NCBI GenBank assembly: GCA_021732895.1
Contig: JAKFWE010000170.1
Location: forward strand, 1 to 33,324
DNA from: Bosea sp. (in: a-proteobacteria)
GTDB taxonomy: Bacteria; Pseudomonadota; Alphaproteobacteria; Rhizobiales; Beijerinckiaceae
DNA: 33,324 bases
Reading direction: 5' to 3'
Positions 17,047-26,392 of this stretch are shown here, piece by piece. Every line of letters begins with the position of its first letter. Position 1 is the first letter of the stretch. A model generated the notes under the pieces. It saw only the letters and a program-made list of their open reading frames with translations. It had not been told where the DNA came from and did no database searches. A program made the position numbers and the translations under genes.

Positions 17047-18108
17047 ATGTCCGCGATGCAGCGCCTGCCGGAACCCGTCACCACGACGCCCGCCACGAAG
17101 GGGCGGGTCGCGGGCCTGCGCCTGCCGTCGCCGGAGCCGTTCACGATCCTCGCGAGTTCGCCGGCCGCGACGCTCGAGGGGGTCGCGACCGTCGTCTGCG
17201 TGCCGACCTTTCGCCGCCCCGACATGCTGGAGGCGACCCTGCGTTCGCTGGCGGCGCAGCAGGGCGGGCATGACTTCGCGATCATCGTGGTCGAGAACGA
17301 AGGCTCCGCGCGCGAGGGCGCCGCCCGCGCCGCCGCCCTGCTCGAAGCGGGCCTGTTCAAGGGCCACGTCATCGTCGAGCCGCGGCAGGGCAACTGCAAG
17401 GCCTACAACGCCGCCTGGAGCTGCGCCCTGACGCGCTTTCCGGCGCTGGAACAGGTGCTCGGCATCGACGATGACGAGATCGCCGAGCCGGGCTGGCTCG
17501 ACGCCTTCCTGAAGGCTGCGGCCGCGGCCCCGGCCGAGCTGTTCGGCGGCGCGGTGACGCCGGTCTTCGAGGATGCGCGGCGCGGCTGGCTCTCCGCCCA
17601 CCCGGTCTTCCGCTCGCATTACTCCCGGTCGGGCCCGGCGCCGTTGCTCTACTCGAGCGCCAACTACCTGATCCGGCGGCAGGTGCTGGAGCGGCTCGGC
17701 CATCCATTCCTCGACGAGAGCTTCGATTTCACCGGCGGCGGCGACGCTGATTTCTTCGCTCGCGCCAAGGCGGCGGGCTTCCGCTTCTGGTGGGTCGAGG
17801 AGGCGGCGCAGCGCGAGACGATGCCGGCGCGGCGCAGCGAGTTCGGCTGGATCGCGGCGCGCGCCCTGCGCAACGGCGCGATCTCGGCGGCGATCGAGCG
17901 GCGGGCCCGGCCGGGCCTCGCGGGGCGACTGCGAACCCTCGCCCGGTCTCTGGCCCTGCTCGCGGCCGCTCCGTGGCGCGGGCTGGCGCTGGGCTGGCGC
18001 ACGGGCTCGGTCCTGATCGGGCTCTATCACGCCCAGGTCGCGGCAGGCCGGCTGATGTCCGAGTTCGGCGTGTGGGGCGAGCAGTATCGCAAGCCGGAGA
18101 AAAATTAA
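17047..18108 (+). CDS. Glycosyltransferase family 2
   Basis: VCVPTFRRP, IIVVEN, GIDDDE (DxD) and GGGDADFF, similar to ExoM-type GT2. Confidence 0.9.
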   Translation: MSAMQRLPEPVTTTPATKGRVAGLRLPSPEPFTILASSPAATLEGVATVVCVPTFRRPDMLEATLRSLAAQQGGHDFAIIVVENEGSAREGAARAAALLEAGLFKGHVIVEPRQGNCKAYNAAWSCALTRFPALEQVLGIDDDEIAEPGWLDAFLKAAAAAPAELFGGAVTPVFEDARRGWLSAHPVFRSHYSRSGPAPLLYSSANYLIRRQVLERLGHPFLDESFDFTGGGDADFFARAKAAGFRFWWVEEAAQRETMPARRSEFGWIAARALRNGAISAAIERRARPGLAGRLRTLARSLALLAAAPWRGLALGWRTGSVLIGLYHAQVAAGRLMSEFGVWGEQYRKPEKN

Positions 18109-19406
18109 GGCGCAACCCTGAATTTCGAGGTGAGCCTGAGCCCGATCACCGCGACCAGCAGCGCGAACCAGACCGGATCGGCCCGGCGGAAGAAGAAGCT
18201 CTCGAGGCAGGCCGAGTAGACCGCAAACAGCCAGATCCGGAAGAACAGCTCCGCCAGCGCCTTGTTCTCGACCGTGGGAATGACGCGGTGATGGTCGCGC
18301 AGCGGCAGCAGGATCAGCGCCACGAGGCCGATCGCGAGACCTGGCAGGCCGAGCCCGACGACGAGGTCGACATAGCCGTTATGGCCATGGACCATGCCGT
18401 TGGAAATCCCGGTCTCGTTCTCCTTGGCCTCGGCGAAGAGCACGAGCTCGCTGCCCCAGAAGCCCTCGAACCCGTAGCCGAAAAGCGGCCGCTCCCAGAG
18501 CCGGTCGAGCGCGAAGCGCCAGATCTCGGTGCGCCCCGTGAAGGTCTGGCCGGGACTGACGGATTGCACGATGGCGTCGATCGGCTGCGACAGCACCGAG
18601 CCGATCGTCGCGGTCAGCAGCAGGGCGAGCGGGCCGAGCGCGATCAGCGCCCGCAGCCACAGAAAGCGGATGCGGGCGCAGGCGAAACCGATCAGCACGA
18701 CGAGCGGCCCAAGCGCCATCGAGGTCTTGGAGCCTGTCATGAACAGGAAAGTCGCGGCCAGCCCGGTGATCAGCAGGCCGAAACTCCGCGAATACGACGC
18801 GGTGACGAAAATGCCGATCAGCATCAGGATGACCATCACCGCGCCGGCGATGTTCTTGTGGTCGAACAGGCCGCGCCAGGCGCCGGCATGCTCGGGCTCC
18901 AGCACGTCGCCGCCGAGATGCCTGGCGACGTCGGGAAAGAGCACGAGTCCGGCATAGCAGGTCAGGAGCACGATCAGCGCGGCCGCGCCGAGGAGGCTGG
19001 CGAAATGACGCTGGCCCCTCGGCAGCAGCAGGATCGCGCCGGCGATGACGAACACGACCAGCGTGAAGCGGAACGCCCGCATCGAGATCTCGGGATTGGC
19101 CGAATAGAACACGCCGAGCGTCATCCAGGCGAGCAGCAGCAGCCAGGTCGGGCGCAGATAGGCATGGGCGGCCCGCCCGGCCCGCGACGTCGCCGCGCAG
19201 GCGAGCCCGAGCACGGCCATCAGCGAGAAGGCGATCTGGTTGACGACGTTGCTGGTGTCGGCGGTCTCGACGTAATAGGTGCCCTTGAACGGAGCGGTCG
19301 AGATCCAGACCAGCAGGAACGCCGCGACGAAGACCGCGCCGCGCAGGTGGAGCCCGGGATCGCCGGCGGACTCGACCGCCCGTCCATCGAAGCCGAGCGC
19401 GCTCAT
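18105..19406 (-). CDS. Wzy polymerase/O-antigen ligase family protein
   Basis: Many TM segments. WRGLFDHKN, TGSKTS, TFTGRTEIW, RPLFGYG and HGHNGYVD..VGLGLPG. Confidence 0.9.
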   Translation of the reverse strand: MSALGFDGRAVESAGDPGLHLRGAVFVAAFLLVWISTAPFKGTYYVETADTSNVVNQIAFSLMAVLGLACAATSRAGRAAHAYLRPTWLLLLAWMTLGVFYSANPEISMRAFRFTLVVFVIAGAILLLPRGQRHFASLLGAAALIVLLTCYAGLVLFPDVARHLGGDVLEPEHAGAWRGLFDHKNIAGAVMVILMLIGIFVTASYSRSFGLLITGLAATFLFMTGSKTSMALGPLVVLIGFACARIRFLWLRALIALGPLALLLTATIGSVLSQPIDAIVQSVSPGQTFTGRTEIWRFALDRLWERPLFGYGFEGFWGSELVLFAEAKENETGISNGMVHGHNGYVDLVVGLGLPGLAIGLVALILLPLRDHHRVIPTVENKALAELFFRIWLFAVYSACLESFFFRRADPVWFALLVAVIGLRLTSKFRVAP

Positions 19407-21832
19407 CAGGCCTCGTTCACGACGAAGCCGACGATCCTGGCCGCGTCAGGCCCGAGCACGGTTTCGAGCCTGGCGATGTCGTCCTGCGCGACCGCGCCCT
19501 CGCGGATCACCAGCACGATGTCGTCGGCGGCCTCGGCGAAGCGCCGCGACAAACCCTCGTCGCCGAGCGCGCCGCCGTCGATCACGATGGGGCCGAAGCG
19601 CCGGGCCGCGCCGAAGAAGTCGCGCGTGATCCGCGTGGCGTCGACGAGGTCGCTGCGCGGCGTGCGCGGCAGGAAGAACAGCCCCGATCCCTCGTCCTGC
19701 AAGGCGGCGCGGACCAGCCCGGTCTCGCCGGTGACGACTTCGTGCAGCCCCGCCTGCGCCTCCGGCGCGAAGGTTCCGGTCAGCCCGTTCGCGCCGCCTG
19801 CGGCGTCCACCAGCATCGCCGGCAAGCCCTGAAGGGCGGCGTCGAGCGCGAGATTCAGCGCCAGCGTCGAGGCGCCGGCCTCTTTGCGCAGGCCCAGGAC
19901 CAGAATCCGGCGCCGCCCGTCGGCGCCGCCCCTGGCGGCGAGCGCCAGCCGCACCGCCGCGATGGCCCGCGCGAAGCCGCCATGAGGCTTGTCCATGACA
20001 TCGACGAGATGGCTCTTGTGCTGGAAGACCGAGCGGGCCTCGCCATCCTGACGTCGCCAGCGCCGGTGGCGCACCGCCGGCAAGGTCGCCAGAAGCGGCG
20101 CCGCGTGAGCCAGCAGGATGTCGGGCGCGCGAGCCGATTGGCCGCCCTGGATGGAGGCAAAGCGCCGCCAGCCGCCGCTGACGGCCTTGTCCGACGCCTT
20201 CACGGCTTCGGCGTCCGGCGTGATCCGCGCGGGCAGCGTCGAGCGCGGCGGCGTTTCCGGCGGGACAGCCATCGGTTCGCCGCCCGGGCGCTCGCCGGTG
20301 GAAGGACCCTTGAGCGGCTGCGCAGGCGGCTCGTCCGAACGCCGGCGCCGCGCCGCGCCCGGCACCGCCGCCGCGGCGCCCGACAGCGCCAGCCCGAGCA
20401 CGGCGAGCGCGCCCAGACCACCGCCGCCGATGCCCCCGAGCATGGCGATGGTGCGCCGCGTGACGCCGCTTTTCTCCAGCGGCGGCATCGCCTGGCTGAT
20501 GATGCGCGCGTTGGTCGTGTCGATGCCGGCGAGTTCTCCGGTCTCGCGGGCGCGCCTGAGGAAGGCGTCGTAGACGACGCGCGAGGATTCGACCTCGCGC
20601 TCCAGCTCGCGCAGCTCGACCGAGGCGCGCCCGGCGGCGTATTGCGTCGTCGTCAGGGCGTCGACCCGGCGCGCGATCTGGCGCTCGGCCTCGATCGCCC
20701 GGTCGAGTTCGACCTTGGCGGCGCGGGAGATGCGCGACAACTCGTCGGCGATCTGGCGGCGCGCATCTCTGGTCTGCGCCTGCGCCGCCGCCAGCGCGGG
20801 GTGGCGCGCGCCGAGCGAGGCCAGCAGGTCGGCCTCCTTGTTCAGCGCCGCGCCGAGCTGGGAGCGAAGCGCCGTCATGGTGTTGGAGGCGACGGCCTCC
20901 GGAACGGCGCCCGCCTCGATGGCGGCGGCGCGGGCGGCGGTCGTCTCGTCGTATTTCGCCCGCGCCTCGGTGACCTTGGTGCGCAGCGCGACGAGCTGGG
21001 CGTTGTTGAGCGCGAGCTGCTCCTCGCCGATCGACTTGCCGCCGACGCCGACGATGCCGTTGGCCTCCTTGTATCTCTCCGCCTTGTCCTCGGCGACGCG
21101 CAGGCGGTTGCGCAGCTCCTCCAGGCGCGAGGTCAGCGCCGTGGTTGCGCGCTGGGCGGCGTCGGCGCGGACTGACGCCTGATCGTCGAGATAGGCCGCC
21201 GCCAGCGCGTTGGCGATGCGCGCCGCCTTCTCCGCCTCGCGCGAGGTCACCGAGATGTCGATGACGAAGGTGCGCTCGCCGCGCCGCACGGTGACCAGCT
21301 TGTCGAGCGCGGCGAGCGCCCAGAGCATGCCGTCGCGCGGCGGGGCGCCGCTTTTCGGCAGCAGATCGGAGATCAGCGCCATCAGCCCCGATTTGCTCGC
21401 CTCGCCGCCGAATTCCGGGTCTTGATCCAGGCCCTCGCTGGCGACCACGCGCGCCTTGATGCTGTCGGAGGCGATGACGCGGGCCTGGCTCTCCAGATAG
21501 GCGGTGAGCGAGGTCGGGTCTCCCCCGGCGGAGTTGGGCGACACCTCGTTCTGAAGCACGCGCAGGTCGCGCGGATCGATGAAGAGCTGCGCCGTCGAGG
21601 TGTATTTCGGCGGCAGCAGCAGGCTTGCGGCGCCAGCCAGCAGCGCACCCAGAAAGGCGGCCAGAAGGATCGCGCCCTTGCGCCGCCAGAGTGTCGTCGC
21701 CAGCCAGACCGGGTCGGTCAGCCGGGCGAGGGCGGCCTGGGGGGCAGGCGGAGCCACAGCGGCGTCCGCGACCGGCGTCCGGCGCCCGGTGGCCCGTTCG
21801 GGCTCGCTCGTGGCGGTCTCGGTGCTGAACAT
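19406..21832 (-). CDS. Polysaccharide co-polymerase (GumC/ExoP/Wzc-like) with degenerate kinase domain
   Basis: LWRRK-TM-PKYTSTAQL, coiled coil with LGARHP and ELRELERE, then ARIISQAMPP-TM. The C-terminal P-loop-like domain is degenerate. Start at 21832 or 21847. Confidence 0.9.
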   Translation of the reverse strand: MFSTETATSEPERATGRRTPVADAAVAPPAPQAALARLTDPVWLATTLWRRKGAILLAAFLGALLAGAASLLLPPKYTSTAQLFIDPRDLRVLQNEVSPNSAGGDPTSLTAYLESQARVIASDSIKARVVASEGLDQDPEFGGEASKSGLMALISDLLPKSGAPPRDGMLWALAALDKLVTVRRGERTFVIDISVTSREAEKAARIANALAAAYLDDQASVRADAAQRATTALTSRLEELRNRLRVAEDKAERYKEANGIVGVGGKSIGEEQLALNNAQLVALRTKVTEARAKYDETTAARAAAIEAGAVPEAVASNTMTALRSQLGAALNKEADLLASLGARHPALAAAQAQTRDARRQIADELSRISRAAKVELDRAIEAERQIARRVDALTTTQYAAGRASVELRELEREVESSRVVYDAFLRRARETGELAGIDTTNARIISQAMPPLEKSGVTRRTIAMLGGIGGGGLGALAVLGLALSGAAAAVPGAARRRRSDEPPAQPLKGPSTGERPGGEPMAVPPETPPRSTLPARITPDAEAVKASDKAVSGGWRRFASIQGGQSARAPDILLAHAAPLLATLPAVRHRRWRRQDGEARSVFQHKSHLVDVMDKPHGGFARAIAAVRLALAARGGADGRRRILVLGLRKEAGASTLALNLALDAALQGLPAMLVDAAGGANGLTGTFAPEAQAGLHEVVTGETGLVRAALQDEGSGLFFLPRTPRSDLVDATRITRDFFGAARRFGPIVIDGGALGDEGLSRRFAEAADDIVLVIREGAVAQDDIARLETVLGPDAARIVGFVVNEA

Positions 21833-21898
21833 GACGCTACGCTTCACTCTGTTTTGAACCTCGCCCGGTCCCGGGCGCTTTCGGCTTGCCCGCCGCGC

Positions 21899-22969
21899 TC
21901 ACGCGGCCGCGCGACGATAGCGCTGGAGCACATGCAGCATCAGTTTCGGTTTGTAGTCGGCGTCGAGCGGCAGGGGCCGCGCCGCGGCGGCGTCCTTGCG
22001 GGGGAAGGTTTCGTTGATCCAGGTGTAGCGATCGCTGAGCCCCCAGGTCACGATCGCGCGCGGCGGGCGGGCCTCGACGATGGTTTGCAGATAGGTCGAG
22101 ACCAGGCTGGCGGCGGCGCGATCGCGCGTCATGGCGTCGGCGGGCAGTTTCCAGTCGATCACGTCGAGTTCGGTGATCTCGACGTCGACGTCCAGCTTGC
22201 CCAGATCGAGCATGAACTGCAGCAGCCCGTGCCGGTCGATCGGATTTTCGGCGTAGAGATGCGCCTGCATGCCGAGGCCGTGGATCGGCACGCCCTTGTC
22301 CTTGAGCTTGCGGATGATGTCGATGGCGATCTGGCGGCGCGCCGCGACGCCGGGGTGCGGCTCCTCGAAATTGAAGTCGTTCAGCACCAGGCGCGCCCCG
22401 GGATCGACCCGGGCGGCGGCGCGGAAGGCGATCTCGATGTGCTCGGGGCCGAGCAGGCGCCGCCAGATCGTGTCGCGGTAGGGCTCGCCCGGCTTCGGAT
22501 CGAAGGCGATCGCTTCGTTGACGACGTCCCAGGTCGCGATCCTGCCCTTGTAGCGATCGACGACGGTCTCGATATGGCGTACGAGCTCGCGCTCGGCCTC
22601 GCGCCTCGTCGTCATCGTCTTCGCCCAGGGCGGCAGCGCCTCGCCCCAGAGCAGGGTGTGGCCGCGCAGCGCCTTGCCGCCGGCGAGCGCGAAATCGACG
22701 AGTTCGTCGGCGCCCGAGAAGTCGAAACGGGCGCGGTCATGACGCAGCGCCTCCCATTTCAGATCGTTCATCGGCACGATGACGTCGCAGTATTGCGCCA
22801 GCGCGGCGCGATAGCGCGGATCGGATCGATAGCTGCCGATCTCGGCGGCGGAACCGAGGGGAATCGCCGGGCGGGCGGCGGCGGCCGGTTTCGACGCCAG
22901 CGCGGCGGCCAGCCCTGCGGCGAGGGCGGCCGCCCCGGCAAGCGCGTCTCGTTTCGTGATGGGCTTCAT
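21899..22969 (-). CDS. Glycoside hydrolase family 10 (endo-xylanase-like), exported
   Basis: NDLKW, RGHTLLW, WDVVNE (acid/base), GMQAH, ITELDV (nucleophile) and TWGLSDRYTW. N-terminal signal peptide. Confidence 0.92.
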   Translation of the reverse strand: MKPITKRDALAGAAALAAGLAAALASKPAAAARPAIPLGSAAEIGSYRSDPRYRAALAQYCDVIVPMNDLKWEALRHDRARFDFSGADELVDFALAGGKALRGHTLLWGEALPPWAKTMTTRREAERELVRHIETVVDRYKGRIATWDVVNEAIAFDPKPGEPYRDTIWRRLLGPEHIEIAFRAAARVDPGARLVLNDFNFEEPHPGVAARRQIAIDIIRKLKDKGVPIHGLGMQAHLYAENPIDRHGLLQFMLDLGKLDVDVEITELDVIDWKLPADAMTRDRAAASLVSTYLQTIVEARPPRAIVTWGLSDRYTWINETFPRKDAAAARPLPLDADYKPKLMLHVLQRYRRAAA

Positions 22970-23112
22970 GTCTCGATCCAGTTCAGGCGTGCCCGGGACG
23001 GCACGGTTCCGTTCCGTTTAGGGTCGCTCAACCCCTCTGGGCTAAGCACGAGGCGTGGCTCGCGCCGCTACACGCACGCATCCTGCCAATCGCCGGCCCT
23101 GAAACGGAATCG

Positions 23113-24336
23113 ATGTCGCCCGATCGCGCAGCCATCTTCGCCTACCTCACCATCCTGAGCGGCTCCGCCGGCCGGCTCGTCATCTCCCTTGTCTACTTCC
23201 TCATCGTTGCGAATACGTTGACCCTCGGGGAGTTCGGCATTTTCGCCACCGCCTCGGCGACGGGGCTGATCCTTTCGCGCCTGCTCGCCTTCGGCTTCGT
23301 CTCGCCGCTCTACCGGGTGGCGACCGTCAAGCCCCGGCTGCTCGGGGCCTATCTCGCGGGCTTCTCGGCTCTGGCGCTGCTCTCCCTGCCGCTGATCGCG
23401 CTGGCGGCGGGGCTGGCCTACCAGATGCTGTTTTCCGGCCGTCTCGCGCTTTTGTCGTTCGCCCTGATCATGCTGGCCGAGATCGTCGGGTGGCGGCTCG
23501 TCGAGGTCGTGGCCATCGTCAACAACGGCCTGCGGCGCTTCCGGCAGGCGGCGCTGCTGGTGATCATCGGCTCGTCGCTGCGCACGGTCGCGGCGATCGG
23601 CTTCTATCTGTCCGGTCAGGCCAGCCTCGGGCTCTGGGCCTGGTCCTATCTCGGGGCGACGCTGGTCACGGCGGCGCTGGCGCTGGCGGCGTTCCTGCCC
23701 AGGGCGCGCTGGCGTCTGCGGGTCCGGCTCTACCGGCGCCGGATGGCCGACGCCGTCTTCGCCGCGGGCGCCGACATCGTCTTCTACACGCAGGCCGAGC
23801 TCGACAAGCTGCTCGTGCTCGCGCTCGCGGGCGAACGCGTCGCCGGGCTCTACGCCATCGCCATGCGCGTCATCGACCTGACCGCCATGCCGGTGCGCAG
23901 CTTCAACCAGATGCTGGTCCAGAAGATCATGCAGCAACGCGGCCTCGCCGGCGGCCTGCGCCGGCGCATCCTGATCGAGGCGCTGATCGCAGCGGTCTCG
24001 GTGGGCGGGCTCCTCGGCGTGATCGCGCTGCTGACGCCGTTCCCGGGCGCGCTCGGCCGCAACGTCTCGGAGGCGGCCCATCTGTTCCTGCCGCTGCTGC
24101 TGGTGCCGGCCTTCCGCAACCTCGTTGAATACCATGCCGAACTGCTCTATGCCCGCGAGCGCACCGGCTCGCGCATCGTGCTGCTCGGCGCCATCGCGAT
24201 GCTCAAGGCGGCCCTGATCGTCTGGGCGATGACGCAGGCCGGCGGAAACTGGCCCCTCGCCATGAACGCGGTGTTCGGGACGGTCTATCTGCTCTCTGCC
24301 GCCGTGACCTACAGGCTGCTCGGACGGGCCGGCTGA
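23113..24336 (+). CDS. Wzx-type polysaccharide flippase (MOP superfamily)
   Basis: Highly hydrophobic 407 aa with ANTLTLGEFGIFA and ELDKLLVLALAGERVAGLYAIAMRVID. Confidence 0.85.
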   Translation: MSPDRAAIFAYLTILSGSAGRLVISLVYFLIVANTLTLGEFGIFATASATGLILSRLLAFGFVSPLYRVATVKPRLLGAYLAGFSALALLSLPLIALAAGLAYQMLFSGRLALLSFALIMLAEIVGWRLVEVVAIVNNGLRRFRQAALLVIIGSSLRTVAAIGFYLSGQASLGLWAWSYLGATLVTAALALAAFLPRARWRLRVRLYRRRMADAVFAAGADIVFYTQAELDKLLVLALAGERVAGLYAIAMRVIDLTAMPVRSFNQMLVQKIMQQRGLAGGLRRRILIEALIAAVSVGGLLGVIALLTPFPGALGRNVSEAAHLFLPLLLVPAFRNLVEYHAELLYARERTGSRIVLLGAIAMLKAALIVWAMTQAGGNWPLAMNAVFGTVYLLSAAVTYRLLGRAG

Positions 24337-25235
24337 ACGCGCCCCGCCTGCCGCTCGAAGAGCTCGCGCAGATGCGACATCGGCTGGCCGATGAAGGACT
24401 GGACGCCGACCGCGACCTGTCCGGGACCCAGCACGTCCTCGGCCGAGCGCAGCGCGCCGAGCCCTTCGGTGTCGCCGCCCCAGTAGGCCTTGCAGAACTC
24501 GCGCTCGTCGATGCGGTGGCCGGCGGCGCCGAGGCCGAGCACGCGCTCGACGAAGCAGCCGTAGATCAGGTACTCGGAGAAACGGCGCTGCGAGGCGATC
24601 GCCGCGACCCAGTGCCGCCCGGTCCGCGCCTCGACATGCGCGCACATCGCCAGAACGACGTCGCGCCGCCAGCTCACCAGATGCCCGATGAAATCATCGG
24701 CCGGAAGCGCGGGCGGGCTCAGTCCAAAGAGTCTTGCAGCCATCGCGCACCACGCGACATGCTCCGCCATCGCCGCGGTGACTCCGCCCGGCCCGCGGTA
24801 GAGCCGCACCCCGCCCGCGCCGCCGGTTTCGGCGATGTCGAAGGGGCGCATGAAGATCAGATCGGAATCGGCGAAAACGACGACGTCCTCGTCGCAGCCC
24901 CGCGCGAAGCCAAACTTGCGCAGCTGCTGCGCATGCCAGCCGCGCAGCGGCGGCACGCCGCGCGCCAGCGCGCCGAGTCCGGTCCAGACGCGGCGCCGCC
25001 CGAGGCTCAGCGGATCGGGGTGCGCGCGAAGCCAGCCCGGCAGCAGGGCCGATTCGGCGACGATCTGGCGGCGCGGACCCGCCAGCGGCGCGAACAGCGC
25101 CGTTTCCCGATCCTCGACCAGAAGGTAATGCGTCGTATGACCCGTGACGAAACGATCGATGCTGGCGCAGAGCAGCCGGCAGCGCTCGAAATCGCCGGCG
25201 TAGCTCGGCGTCGCGATGGCGTAGCGCAGGCTCAT
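24309..25235 (-). CDS. DUF6492-like protein, putative GT-A glycosyltransferase
   Basis: Start MSLRYAIATPSYAGDFERCRLLCASID overlaps the upstream stop (ATGA). Motifs GWHAQQLRK, FADSD and FSEYLIYG. Confidence 0.7.
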   Translation of the reverse strand: MSLRYAIATPSYAGDFERCRLLCASIDRFVTGHTTHYLLVEDRETALFAPLAGPRRQIVAESALLPGWLRAHPDPLSLGRRRVWTGLGALARGVPPLRGWHAQQLRKFGFARGCDEDVVVFADSDLIFMRPFDIAETGGAGGVRLYRGPGGVTAAMAEHVAWCAMAARLFGLSPPALPADDFIGHLVSWRRDVVLAMCAHVEARTGRHWVAAIASQRRFSEYLIYGCFVERVLGLGAAGHRIDEREFCKAYWGGDTEGLGALRSAEDVLGPGQVAVGVQSFIGQPMSHLRELFERQAGRVQPARPSSL

Positions 25236-26038
25236 CGCCCCGCCCCGCGCCCGGACAGGCGCAGCCGCAGCATGCGCCAGAGAAAGAGCGGGTTGCCGAG
25301 GACATAGCGCCGCCAGAGCCGGCCGGGTTCGAGCCAGAGCCGATAGAGCCATTCCAGCCGCAGCCGCCTCACCGCGCCGGGCGCGCGGGCGACCTCGCCT
25401 GCGAGGAAATCGAACAACGCGCCGACGCCGGCTGCGACCGTGACGTGACGCTCGTCGAGACACTCCGCGATCCAGGTCTCCTGACGCGGAGCGCCGAAAG
25501 CGACGAGCAGCAGATCGGGCCGCTCCCGCTCCAGCCGCGCGAGCAGCGCCGCTTCCTCGCCCGGCGCGAAATAGCCGTGGCCAAGCACGGCGAAGGCGTG
25601 CGCCGGATGGTCGCTCGCCAGCCGCTCCGCCGCGCGCTGCGCGACGCCCGGGCGCCCGCCGAGCAGCATGACGCGCAGGGGGCCAAGCTGCGCGGCGAGC
25701 AGGGCGGGGATGAAATCTGTGCCGTTGAGATTGGCCGGAAAGCGTGCGCCGTGCAGCAGCCGGCCGCCGAGATCGACGCCGACCCCGTCCGGCAGCACGA
25801 GGAAACCGGCCAGCCGCGCCCGCAGGCCGGCGTCGTGGAACGCCAGGTTGACGAGATGGGCGTTGCAGAAGGCGAGCTTGCGGTGCCGCCGCGCCGCGAG
25901 GGCCCGGTCGAGCGTCGCCAGCGCCTCGGCCGCCGTCAGCACGGCGACGCCGACGCCGCCGATATCGCGCAGAGCGACCTCGGGCGTTCGCGCGCGCGCT
26001 TCGTGCGGCGCGATCTCGGAAGATGGAATGGCCGTCAC
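25232..26038 (-). CDS. WecB/TagA/CpsF family glycosyltransferase (GT26)
   Basis: FCNAH, LPDGVGV, NLNGTD, VAFGAPRQE, GVGALFDF and LEWLYRLWLEPGRLWRRY..GNP.F. Confidence 0.93.
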   Translation of the reverse strand: MTAIPSSEIAPHEARARTPEVALRDIGGVGVAVLTAAEALATLDRALAARRHRKLAFCNAHLVNLAFHDAGLRARLAGFLVLPDGVGVDLGGRLLHGARFPANLNGTDFIPALLAAQLGPLRVMLLGGRPGVAQRAAERLASDHPAHAFAVLGHGYFAPGEEAALLARLERERPDLLLVAFGAPRQETWIAECLDERHVTVAAGVGALFDFLAGEVARAPGAVRRLRLEWLYRLWLEPGRLWRRYVLGNPLFLWRMLRLRLSGRGAGR

Positions 26039-26392
26039 GGATCCGTCCGGTGGTCAGCGTCGCTTGCATCATGACAGGGCCGATCGCGGCGCCGGTCAAG
26101 CCAAACCGGGCGGCAGGGTGAACGCCGGCTTGCCGCGGCGGGCGAGGCCGGCGGGCCGCGCCGCCGAAGCTGCGCCGCCCGCGCGCGGGCCTGTCGCATT
26201 CTGGCACACCGGTCCCCCGGACAGCCCGGCCCGAAGCCGGCAAACCCCTCGGATCAGGCCGATATTGTCGATCCTGCGCGATTTCGGCGCATGTGCCTGC
26301 GGCATGCCGATTGCGGCTCCGGCGTCCAGAAGCTCCGGCGGCGGACCCGCTGTTCCGTCCCGGGCCGCTCTCGCCGCCGGGAAGGGCCTGCC

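Noticed and set aside
23016-23046. TTAA-like half-sites as CtrA boxes here and near 12690 and 17018
   Set aside because: None forms TTAA-N7-TTAA with correct spacing.
25236-26243. Apparent 644-aa ORF extending the DUF6492-like gene
   Set aside because: The extension overlaps the WecB/TagA gene in another frame. The coupled start at 25235 is far more plausible.
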